NCBI GenBank assembly: GCA_964016885.1
Contig: OZ024740.1
Coordinates: 7,502,001 to 7,566,000, forward strand
Length of the DNA stretch: 64,000 nucleotides
From: Eledone cirrhosa
Taxonomy: Eukaryota
Direction: 5' to 3'
Shown piece by piece: positions 52,401-64,000 of the stretch. Position 1 is the stretch's first letter. Each line of letters opens with the position of its first letter. Below the pieces are notes generated by a model. The model was not told the origin of the DNA. It was given only the letters and a program-made list of their open reading frames with translations, and searched no databases. The translations under genes were made by a program, and so were the position numbers.

Positions 52401-53370
52401 GTCAGTTTCGATTAGTATATCAGTTTCTATAGGTATGTCAGTTTCTGTTAGTATATCAGTTTCGATCGGTATATCAGTTTCGATTGGTATGTCAGTTTCG
52501 ATTGGTATATCAGTTTCTATTGGTATATCAGTTTAGATTGATATATCAGTTTCGATTAGTATGTCAGTTTCTATTGGTATATCAGTTTCGATTGGTATAT
52601 CAGTTTCGATTGTTATATCAGTTTCGAATTGTATGTCAGTTTCTATTGGTATATCAGTTTCGATTGTTATATCAGTTTCGATTGGTATGTCAGTTTCGAT
52701 TGGTATGTCAGTTTCGATTGGTATGTCAATTTCGATTGGTATATCAGTTTCGATTAGTATGTCAGTTACTATTGGTATATCACTTTCGATTGGTATATCT
52801 GTTTCGATTGGTATGTCAGTTTCTATTGTTATATCAGATTTGATTATTATGTCAGTTTCGATTAGTATATCAGTTTCTATTGTTATGTCAGTTTCGATTG
52901 GTATATCACTTTCTATTGGTATATCAGTGTCGATTGGTATATCAGTTTTGATTAGTATGTCAGTTTCTATTGGTATGTAAGTTTCGATTATTATATCAGT
53001 TACTATTAGTATGTCAGTTTCGATTGGTATGTCATTTTCGATTGGTATATCAGTTTCTATTGGTATGACAGTTTCGATTGGTATATCAGTTTGGATTGGT
53101 ATGTCAATTACAATTTGTATATCAGTTTCGATTAGTATGTCAGTTTCGATTAGTATATCAGTTTCTATTGGTATGTGAGTTTCTATTGGTATATCAGTTT
53201 CGATTGGTATATCAGTTTCGATTAGTATGTCAGTTTCGATTGGTATATCAGTTTCGATAGGTATGTCAGTTTCGATTAGTATATCAGTTTCTATTGGTAT
53301 GTGAGTTTCTATTGGTATATCAGTTTCGATTGGTATATCAGTTTCGATTAGTATGTCAGTTTCTATTGGT
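46401..53370. repeat. Higher-order repeat, 3262-bp unit (181 monomers), two full tandem copies plus a partial third
   Basis: Units start with cagtgtcg at 46401, 49663 and 52925. ORFs recur at 46554/49816/53078. 3262 = 181x18 + 3 (gtcatcag) + 1 (agttttcgattttt). Confidence 0.9.
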
Positions 53371-56300
53371 ACGTCAGTTTCGATTAGTATAACAGTTTAG
53401 ATTGGTATATCAGTTTCTATTGGTATGTCAGTTTCGATTGGTATATCAGTTTCCATTGGTATATCAGTTTCGATTGGTATATCAGTTTCTATTGGTATAT
53501 CAGTTTCTATTGGTATGACAGTTTCGATTGCTATATCAGTTTCGATTGGTATGTCAGTTTAGATAGGTATGTCAGTTTCGATTGGTCTGTCAGTTTCGAC
53601 TGGAAAGTCAGTTTCGATTGGTATGTCAATTTCGATTGGTATATCAGTTTCGATTGGTATGTCAGTTTCATTTGGTATCTCAGTTTTGATTAGTATATCA
53701 GTTTCTATTGGTATGTGAGTTTCTATTGGTATATCAGTTTCGATTGGTATATCAGTTTCGATTAGTATGTCAGTTTCGATTGGTATATCAGTTTCGATTG
53801 GTATGTCAGTTTCGATTAGTATATCAGTTTCTATTGGTATGTGAGTTTCTATTGGTATATCAGTTTCGATTGGTATATCAGTTTCGATTAGTATGTCAGT
53901 TTCTATTGGTATGTCAGTTTCGATTAGTATGTCAGTTTCGATTGTTATATCAGTTTCTATTGGTATATCAGTTTCTATTGGTATGTCAGTATCTATTGGT
54001 ATATCAGTTTCGATTGGTATATCAGTTTCGATTAGTATGTCAGTTTCTATTGGTATGTCAGTTTCGATTAGTATATCAGTTTGGATTGGTATGTCAATTA
54101 CAATTGGTATATCAGTTTCGATTAGTATGTCAGTTTCGATTGGTATATCAGTTTCGATTGGTATGTCAGTTTCGATTAGTATATCAGTTTCTATTGGTAT
54201 GTGAGTTTCTATTGGTATATCAGTTTCGATTAGTATATCAGTTTCGATTAGTATGTCAGTTTCTATTGGTATGTCAGTTTCGACTAGTATGTCAGTTTCG
54301 ATTGGTATATCAGTTTCGATTAGTATGTCAGTTTCTATTGGTATGTGAGTTTCTATTGGTATATCAGTTTCGATTGGTATCTCAGTTTTGATTAGTATAT
54401 TAGTTTCTATTGGTATGTCGGTTTCTATTGGTATATCAGTTTCGATTGGTATATCAGTTTTGATCAGTATGTCAGTTTCTATTGATATGTCAGTTTCGAT
54501 TGGTATGTCAGATTCTATTAGTATATCAGTTTCGATTCGTATGTCAGTTTCGATTGGTATGTCAGTTTCGATTGGTATATCAGTTTCTATTGGTATGTCA
54601 GTTTTGATTGGTATAGCAGTTTCTATTGGTATGTCATTTTCGATTGGTATGTCAGCTTCTATTGGTATATCAGTTTCGATTGGTATGTCAGTTTCAATTG
54701 GTATGTCAGTTTCGATTATTATATCAGTTACTATTGGTATGTCAGTTTCGATTCATATGTCAATTTCAATTAGTATATCAGTTTCTATTGGTATGTTAGT
54801 TTCTATTGGTATATCAGTTTCGATAGGTATATCAGTTTCGTTCGGTATGTCAGTTTCGATTGGTATATCAGTTTCTATTGCTATATCTGTTTCTATTGGT
54901 ATGTCAGTTTCGATTGGTATGTCAGTTTCTATTGGTATGTCAGTTTCGATTGGTATGTCAGTTTCGTTTGGTATATCAGTTCGATTGATATGACAGTGTC
55001 GATTGGTATATCAGTTTTGATTAGTATGTCAGTTTCTATTGGTATGTAAGTTTCGATTATTATATCAGTTACTATTAGTATGTCAGTTTCGATTGGTATG
55101 TCATTTTCGATTGGTATATCAGTTTCTATTGGTATGACAGTTTCGATTGGTATATCAGTTTGGATTGGTATGTCAATTACAATTTGTATATCAGTTTCGA
55201 TTAGTATGTCAGTTTCGATTAGTATATCAGTTTCTATTGGTATGTGAGTTTCTATTGGTATATCAGTTTCGATTGGTATATCAGTTTCGATTAGTATGTC
55301 AGTTTCGATTGGTATATCAGTTTCGATAGGTATGTCAGTTTCGATTAGTATATCAGTTTCTATTGGTATGTGAGTTTCTATTGGTATATCAGTTTCGATT
55401 GGTATATCAGTTTCGATTAGTATGTCAGTTTCTATTGGTATGTCAGTTTCGATTAGTATGTCAGTTTCGATTGGTATATCAGTTTCGATTGTTATATCAG
55501 TTTCTATTGGTATATCAGTTTCTATTGGTATGTCAGTTTTGATTGGTATATCAGTTTCGATTGGTATATCAGTTTCGATTAGTATGTCAGTTTCTATTGG
55601 TATGTCAGTTTCGATTAGTATATCAGTTTGGATTGGTATGTCAATTACAATTGGTATATCAGTTTCGATTAGTATGTCAGTTTCGATTGGTATATCAGTT
55701 TCGATTGGTATGTCAGATTCGATTAGTATATCAGTTTCTATTGTTATGTGAGTTTCTATTGGTATATCAGTTTCGATTGGTATATCAGTTTCGATTGGTA
55801 TATCAGTTTCTATTGGTATATCACTTTCTATTGGTATGTCAGTTTTGATTGGTTTAGCAGTTTCTATTGGTATGTCAGTTTCGATTGGTATGTCAGTTTC
55901 TATTGGTATATCAGTTTCGATTGGTATGTCAGTTCCTATTGGTATGTCAGTTTCGATTAATATGTCAGTTTCTATTGGTATGTCAGTTTCGATTAGTATA
56001 TCAGTTTCTATTGGTATGTCAGTTTCGATTGGTATATCAGTTTCGATTGGTATATCAGTTTCGATTAGTATGTCAGTTTCTATTGGTATTTGAGTTTCTA
56101 TTGGTATATCAGTTTCGATTGGTATATCAGTTTCGATTAGTATGTCAGTTTCTATTGGTACTTCAGTTTCGATTAGTATAACAGTTTAGATTGGTATATC
56201 AGTTTCTATTGGTATGAGAGTTTCGATTGGTATATCAGTTTCCATTGGTATATCAGTTTCGATTGGTATATCAGTTTCTATTGGTATATCAGTTTCTATT

Positions 56301-59300
56301 GGTATGACAGTTTCGATTGCTATATCAGTTTCGATTGGTATGTCAGTTTGGATAGGTATGTCAGTTTCGATTGGTCTGTCAGTTTCGACTGGAAAGTCAG
56401 TTTCGATTGGTATGTCAATTTCGATTGGTATATCAGTTTCGATTGGTATGTCAGTTTCATTTGGTATCTCAGTTTTGATTAGTATATCAGTTTCTATTGG
56501 TATGTGAGTTTCTATTGGTATATCAGTTTCGATTGGTATATCAGTTTCGATTAGTATGTCAGTTTCGATTGGTATATCAGTTTCGATTGGTATGTCAGTT
56601 TCGATTAGTATATCAGTTTCTATTGGTATGTGAGTTTCTATTGGTATATCAGTTTCGATTGGTATATCAGTTTCGATTAGTATGTCAGTTTCTATTGGTA
56701 TGTCAGTTTCGATTAGTATGTCAGTTTCGATTGGTATATCAGTTTCTATTGGTATATCAGTTTCTATTGGTATGTCAGTTTCTATTGGTATAGCAGTTTC
56801 TATTGGTATGTCAGTTTCGATTGGTATGTCAGTATCTATTGGTATATCAGTTTCGATTGGTATATCAGTTTCGATTAGTATGTCAGTTTCTATTGGTATA
56901 TCAGTTTCGATTGGTATGTCAGTTTCGATTAGTATATCAGTTTCTATTGGTATGTGAGTTTCTATTGGTATATCAGTTTCGATTGGTATATCAGTTTCGA
57001 TTAGTATGTCAGTTTCTATTGGTACGTCAGTTTCGATTAGTATAACAGTTTAGATTTGTATATCAGTTTCTATTGGTATGACAGTTTCGATTGGTATATC
57101 AGTTTCCATTGGTATATCAGTTTCTATTGGTATATCAGTTTCTATTGGTATATCAGTTTCTATTGGTATGACAGTTTCGATTGCTATATCAGTTTCGATT
57201 GGTATGTCAGTTTGGATAGGTATGTCAGTTTCGATTGGTATGTCAGTTTCGATTGGTAAGTCAGTTTCGATTGGTATGTCAATTTCGATTGGTATACCAG
57301 TTTCGATTGGTATGTCAGTTTCATTTTGTATCTCAGTTTTGATTAGTATATTAGTTTCTATTGATATGTCGGTTTCTATTGGTATATCAGTTTCGATTGG
57401 TATATCAGTTTTGATTAATATGTCAGTTTCTATTGGTATGTCAGTTTCGATTAGTATATCAGTTTCTATTGATATGTCAGTTTCGATTGGTATGTCAGAT
57501 TCTATTAGTATATCAGTTTCGATTAGTTTGTCAGTTTCGATTGGTATATCAGTTTCGATTGGTATATCAGTTTCTATTGGTATATCAGTTTCTATTGGTA
57601 TGTCATCAGTTTTGATTGGTATAGCAGTTTCTATTGGTATGTCAGTTTTCGATTTTTATGTCAGTTTCTATTGGTATATCAGTTTCGATTGGTATGTCAG
57701 TTTCTATTGGTATGTCAGTTTCGATTGGTATGTCAGTTTCGATTAGTATATCAGTTTCTATAGGTATGTCAGTTTCTGTTAGTATATCAGTTTCGATCGG
57801 TATATCAGTTTCGATTGGTATGTCAGTTTCGATTGGTATATCAGTTTCTATTGGTATATCAGTTTAGATTGATATATCAGTTTCGATTAGTATGTCAGTT
57901 TCTATTGGTATATCAGTTTCGATTGGTATATCAGTTTCGATTGTTATATCAGTTTCGAATTGTATGTCAGTTTCTATTGGTATATCAGTTTCGATTGTTA
58001 TATCAGTTTCGATTGGTATGTCAGTTTCGATTGGTATGTCAGTTTCGATTGGTATGTCAATTTCGATTGGTATATCAGTTTCGATTAGTATGTCAGTTAC
58101 TATTGGTATATCACTTTCGATTGGTATATCTGTTTCGATTGGTATGTCAGTTTCTATTGTTATATCAGATTTGATTAGTATGTCAGTTTCGATTAGTATA
58201 TCAGTTTCTATTGTTATGTCAGTTTCGATTGGTATATCACTTTCTATTGGTATATCAGTGTCGATTGGTATATCAGTTTTGATTAGTATGTCAGTTTCTA
58301 TTGGTATGTAAGTTTCGATTATTATATCAGTTACTATTAGTATGTCAGTTTCGATTGGTATGTCATTTTCGATTGGTATATCAGTTTCTATTGGTATGAC
58401 AGTTTCGATTGGTATATCAGTTTGGATTGGTATGTCAATTACAATTTGTATATCAGTTTCGATTAGTATGTCAGTTTCGATTAGTATATCAGTTTCTATT
58501 GGTATGTGAGTTTCTATTGGTATATCAGTTTCGATTGGTATATCAGTTTCGATTAGTATGTCAGTTTCGATTGGTATATCAGTTTCGATAGGTATGTCAG
58601 TTTCGATTAGTATATCAGTTTCTATTGGTATGTGAGTTTCTATTGGTATATCAGTTTCGATTGGTATATCAGTTTCTATTGGTATGTCAGTTTCGATTAG
58701 TATAACAGTTTAGATTGGTATATCAGTTTCTATTGGTATGTCAGTTTCGATTGGTATATCAGTTTCCATTGGTATATCAGTTTCGATTGGTATATCAGTT
58801 TCTATTGGTATATCAGTTTCTATTGGTATGACAGTTTCGATTGCTATATCAGTTTCGATTGGTATGTCAGTTTAGATAGGTATGTCAGTTTCGATTGGTC
58901 TGTCAGTTTCGACTGGAAAGTCAGTTTCGATTGGTATGTCAATTTCGATTGGTATATCAGTTTCGATTGGTATGTCAGTTTCATTTGGTATCTCAGTTTT
59001 GATTAGTATATCAGTTTCTATTGGTATGTGAGTTTCTATTGGTATATCAGTTTCGATTGGTATATCAGTTTCGATTAGTATGTCAGTTTCGATTGGTATA
59101 TCAGTTTCGATTGGTATGTCAGTTTCGATTAGTATATCAGTTTCTATTGGTATGTGAGTTTCTATTGGTATATCAGTTTCGATTGGTATATCAGTTTCGA
59201 TTAGTATGTCAGTTTCTATTGGTATGTCAGTTTCGATTAGTATGTCAGTTTCGATTGTTATATCAGTTTCTATTGGTATATCAGTTTCTATTGGTATGTC

Positions 59301-59680
59301 AGTATCTATTGGTATATCAGTTTCGATTGGTATATCAGTTTCGATTAGTATGTCAGTTTCTATTGGTATGTCAGTTTCGATTAGTATATCAGTTTGGATT
59401 GGTATGTCAATTACAATTGGTATATCAGTTTCGATTAGTATGTCAGTTTCGATTGGTATATCAGTTTCGATTGGTATGTCAGTTTCGATTAGTATATCAG
59501 TTTCTATTGGTATGTGAGTTTCTATTGGTATATCAGTTTCGATTAGTATATCAGTTTCGATTAGTATGTCAGTTTCTATTGGTATGTCAGTTTCGACTAG
59601 TATGTCAGTTTCGATTGGTATATCAGTTTCGATTAGTATGTCAGTTTCTATTGGTATGTGAGTTTCTATTGGTATATCAG
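49663..59680. repeat. Superimposed ~5331-bp duplication containing another copy of the 3262-bp unit (54994-58255)
   Basis: ORFs 49816/55147, 52561/57892 and 53078/58409 are offset by 5331. 53708/59021 are offset by 5313 (one monomer lost). Confidence 0.85.
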
Positions 59681-62600
59681 TTTCGATTAGTATATCAGTT
59701 TCGATTAGTATGTCAGTTTCCATTGGTATATCAGTTTCTATTGGTATATCAGTTTAGATTGATATATCAGTTTCGATTAGTATGTCAGTTTCTATTGGTA
59801 TATCAGTTTCGATTGGTATATCAGTTTCGATTGTTATATCAGTTTCGATTGGTATGTCAGTTTCGATTGGTATGTCAGTTTCGATTAGTATGTCAGTTAC
59901 TATTGGTATATCACTTTCGATTGGTATATCTGTTTCGATTGGTATGTCAGTTTCTATTGTTATATCAGATTCGATTAGTATGTCAGTTTCGATTAGTATA
60001 TCAGTTTCTATTGTTATGTCAGTTTCGATTGGTATATCAGTTTCTATTGGTATATCAGTTTCTATTGGTATGTCAGTTTTTATTGGTATATCAGTTTCTA
60101 TTGGTATGTCAGTTTCGATTGTTATGTCAGTTTCTATTGGTATATCAGTTTCGATTGGTATGTTAGTTTCTATTGGTATGTCAGTTTTGATTGGTATATC
60201 AGTTTCTATTGGTTTGTCAGTTTCGATTGGTATATCAGTTTCTATTGGTATATCAGTTTCTATTGGTATGTCAATTTCGAATGGTATATCAGTTTCGATT
60301 AGTATGTCAGTTTCGATTGGTATGTCAGTTTCGATTAGTATATCAGTTTGGATTGGTATGTCAATTTCAATTGGTATATCAGTTTCGATTAGTATGTCAG
60401 TTTCTATTGGTATGTCAGTTTCGATTAGTATAACAGTTTAGATTGGTATATCAGTTTCTATTGGTATGACAGTTTCGATTGGTATATCAGTTTCGATTGG
60501 TATATCAGTTTCGATTGGTATATCAGTTTCTATTGGTATGACAGTTTCGATTCCTATATCAGTTTCGATTGGTATGTCAGTTTCGATTGGTATGTCAATT
60601 TCGATTGGTATATCAGTTTCGATTGGTATATCAGTTTCGATTGGTATGTCAGTTTGGATAGGTATGTCAGTTTCGATTGGTATGTCAGTTTCGATTGGTA
60701 AGTCAGTTTCGATTGGTATGTCAATTTCGATTGGTATATCAGTTTCGATTGGTATGTCAGTTTCATTTGGTATATCAGTTTCGATTGGTATCTCAGTTTT
60801 GATTAGTATGTCAGTTTCTAATGGTATGTCAGTTTCGATTAGTATATCTGTTTGGATTGGTATGTCAATTTCAATTGGTATATCAGTTTCGATTAGTATG
60901 TCAGTTTCTATTGGTATATCAGTTTCGATTAGTATATCAGTTTGGATTGGTATGTCAATTTCAATTGGTATATCAGTTTCGATTAGTATGTCAGTTTCTA
61001 TTGGTATGTCAGTTTCGATTAGTATAACAGTTTAGATTGGTATATCAGTTTCTATTGGTATGTCAGTTTCGATTGGTATGTCAATTTCGATTGGTATATC
61101 AGTTTCGATTGGTATATCAGTTTCGATTGGTATGTCAGTTTGGATAGGTATGTCAGTTTCGATTGGTATGTCAGTTTCGATTGGTAAGTCAGTTTCGATT
61201 GGTATGTCAATTTCGATTGGTATATCAGTTTCGATTGGTATGTCAGTTTCATTTGGTATATCAGTTTCGATTGGTATCTCAGTTTTGATTAGTATATTAG
61301 TTTCTATTGTTATGTCAGTTTCTGTTGGTATGTCAGTTTCGATTAGTATATCAGTTTCTATTGATATGTCAGTTTCGATTGGTATGTCAGATTCTATTAG
61401 TATATCAGTTTCGATTGGTATATCAGTTTCGATTGGTATGTCAGTTTCGATTGGTTATATCAGTTTCTATTGGTATATCAGTTTTGATTGGTATAGCAGT
61501 TTTTATTGGTATGTCATTTTCGATTGGTATGTCAGTTTCTATTGGTATATCAGTTTCGATTGGTATGTCAGTTTCTATTGGTATGTCAGTTTCGATTATT
61601 ATATCAGTTACTATTGGTATGTCAGTTTCGATTGGTATGTCAATTTCAATTAGTATATCACTTTCTATTGGTATGTTAGTTTCTATTGGTATATCAGTTT
61701 CGATAGGTATATCAGTTTCGTTTGGTATGTCAGTTTCGATTGGTATATGAGTTTCTATTGCTATATCTGTTTCTATTGGTATGTCATTTTCGATTGGTAT
61801 ATCAGTTCCTATTGGTATGACAGTTTCGATTGGTATATCAGTTTCGATTGGTATATCAGTTTCGATTGGTATGTCAGTTGCGACTGGTATGTCAATTTCG
61901 ATTGGTATATTAGTTTCGATTAGTATGTCAGTTTCTATTGGTATATCAGTATCTATTGGTATGTCAGTTTCGATAGGTATGTCTGTTTCTATTGGTATAA
62001 CAGTTTCGGTTGGTATGTCAGTTTCTATTGGTATATCAGTTTCGATTGGTATATCAGTTTCGATTAGTATGTCAGTTTCTATTGGTATGTCAGTTTCGAT
62101 TAGTATATCAGTTTGGATTGGTATGTCAATAACAATTGGTATATCAGTTTCGATTAGTATGTCAGTTTCGATTGGTATATCAGTTTCGATTGGTATGTCA
62201 GTTTCGATTAGTATATCAGTTTCTATTGGTATGTGAGTTTCTATTGGTATATCAGTTTCGATTGGTATATCAGTTTCGATTAGTATGTCAGTTTCTATTG
62301 GTATGTCAGTTTCGATTAGTATGTCAGTTTCGATTGGTATATCAGTTTCGATTGGTATATCAGTTTCTATTGGTATATCAGTTTCTATTGGTATGTCAGT
62401 TTTGATTGGTATAGCAGTTTCTTTTGGTATGTCAGTTTCGATTGGTATGTCAGTTTCTATTGGTATATCAGTTGCGATTGGTATGTCAGTTTCTAAAGGT
62501 ATGTCAGTTTCGATTATTATATCAGTTACTATTGGTATGTCAGTTTCTATTAGTATATCAGTTTCGATTGGTATATCAGTTTCGATTGGTATGTCAGTTT

Positions 62601-64000
62601 CGATTGGTATATCAGTTTCTATTGGCATAACAGTTTAGATTGATATATCAGTTTCGATTAGTATGTCAGTTTCTATTGGTATATCAGTTTCGATTGTTAT
62701 ATCAGTTTCGATTGCTATATCAGTTTCGATTGGTATGTCAGTTTCTATTGGTATATCAGTTTCTATTGGTATGTCAGTTTCGATTGGTATCTCAGTTTCG
62801 ATTGGTATGTCAATTTCGATTGGTATATCAGTTTCGATTAGTATGTTAGTTACTATTGGTATGTCAGTTTCCATTAGTATATTAGTTTCTATTGGTTTGT
62901 CAGTTTCGATTGGTATATCAGTTTCTATTGGTATATCAGTTTCGATTGGTATGTCAATTTCGAATGGTATATCAGTTTCGATTATTATGTCAGTTTCGAT
63001 TGTTATGTCAGTTTCGATTAGTATATCAGTTTCTATTGGTATGTCAGTTTCTATTGGTATATCAGTTTCGATTGGTATATCAGTTTCGATCAGTATGTCA
63101 GTTTCTATTGGTATGTCAGTTTCGATTATTATATCAGTTTCGATTGGTATGTCAGTTTCGATTGGCATGTCAATTTTAAATAGTATATCAGTTTCTATTG
63201 GTATATTAGTTTCTATTGGTATATCAGTTTCGATAGGTATATCAGTTTCGTTCGGTATGTCAGTTTCGATTGGTATATCAGTTTCTATTGCTATATCTGT
63301 TTCTATTGGTATGTCAGTTTCGATTGGTATGTCAGTTTCTATTGGTATGTCAGTTTCGATTGGTATGTCAGTTTCGATTGGTATATCAGTTCGATTGATA
63401 TGACAGTGTCGATTGGTATATCAGTTTTGATTAGTATGTCAGTTTCTATTGGTATGTAAGTTTCGATTATTATATCAGTTACTATTAGTATGTCAGTTTC
63501 GATTGGTATGTCATTTTCGATTGGTATATCAGTTTCTATTGGTATGACAGTTTCGATTGGTATATCAGTTTCGAATGGTATATCAGTTTCGATTGGTATA
63601 TCAGTTTCGATTAGTATGTCAGTTTCTATTGGTATGTCAGTTTCGATTTGTATATCAGTTTCGATTAGTATGTCAGTATCTATTGGTATCTCAGTTTCGA
63701 TTAGTATGTCAGTTTCGATTGGTATATCAGTTTCGATTGGTATATCAGTTTCTATTGGTATATCAGTTTCTATTGGTATGTCAGTTTTGATTGGTATAGC
63801 AGTTTCTATTGGTATGTCAGTTTCGATTGGTATGTCAGTTTCTATTGGTATATCAGTTTAGATTGGTATGTCAGTTTCTATTGGTATGTCAGTTTCGATT
63901 ATTATATCAGTTACTATTGGTATGTCAGTTTTGATTGGTATGTCAGTTTCTATTGGTATATCTGTTTTGATTGGTATGTCAGTTTCGATTAGTATATCAG

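Larger units (their letters stand above)
8643..64000. repeat. 18-bp satellite array, right arm (about 3,000 monomers); continues beyond the window end
   Basis: Same monomer and orientation throughout, with only point variants and rare -1, +1 or +3 bp indels. No unique sequence seen. Confidence 0.99.

Noticed and set aside
1-64000. Hundreds of ORFs encoding (SVSIGM/I)n, (VCQFRL)n, (YQSKLT)n, (WYISFD)n or (IPIETD)n
   Set aside because: They follow automatically from an 18-bp (multiple of 3) repeat with stop-free frames. They overlap in several frames, have no unique sequence and are broken by random stops and indels.
1-64000. CRISPR array or telomeric repeat
   Set aside because: No unique spacers and no cas genes. 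The monomer is not a short G-rich telomerase-type repeat and carries inherited higher-order variants.

Overview
Eukaryotic (animal-type) satellite DNA. About 96% of the window is one head-to-tail 18-bp tandem repeat, consensus GGTATRTCAGTTTCKATT, in a single orientation. It is organised into nested higher-order duplications with periods of 1044, 2339, 3262, 4140, 4916, 5331 and 8593 bp. The only interruption is a 5'-truncated RTE-clade non-LTR retrotransposon at 6287-8642 (+). This element has an unbroken RT reading frame, a C4HC3 PHD-type zinc finger inserted inside the RT domain, a highly structured 3' UTR (GNRA hairpins alternating with candidate H-type pseudoknots), a (TGA)6 tail and a short apparent target-site duplication (ATAGG). 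Empty copies of its target site occur elsewhere in the array. All other ORFs in the supplied track are translations of the satellite or antisense shadows of the RT. Everything was read by eye, so duplication boundaries are approximate and RNA structures are hand-paired.
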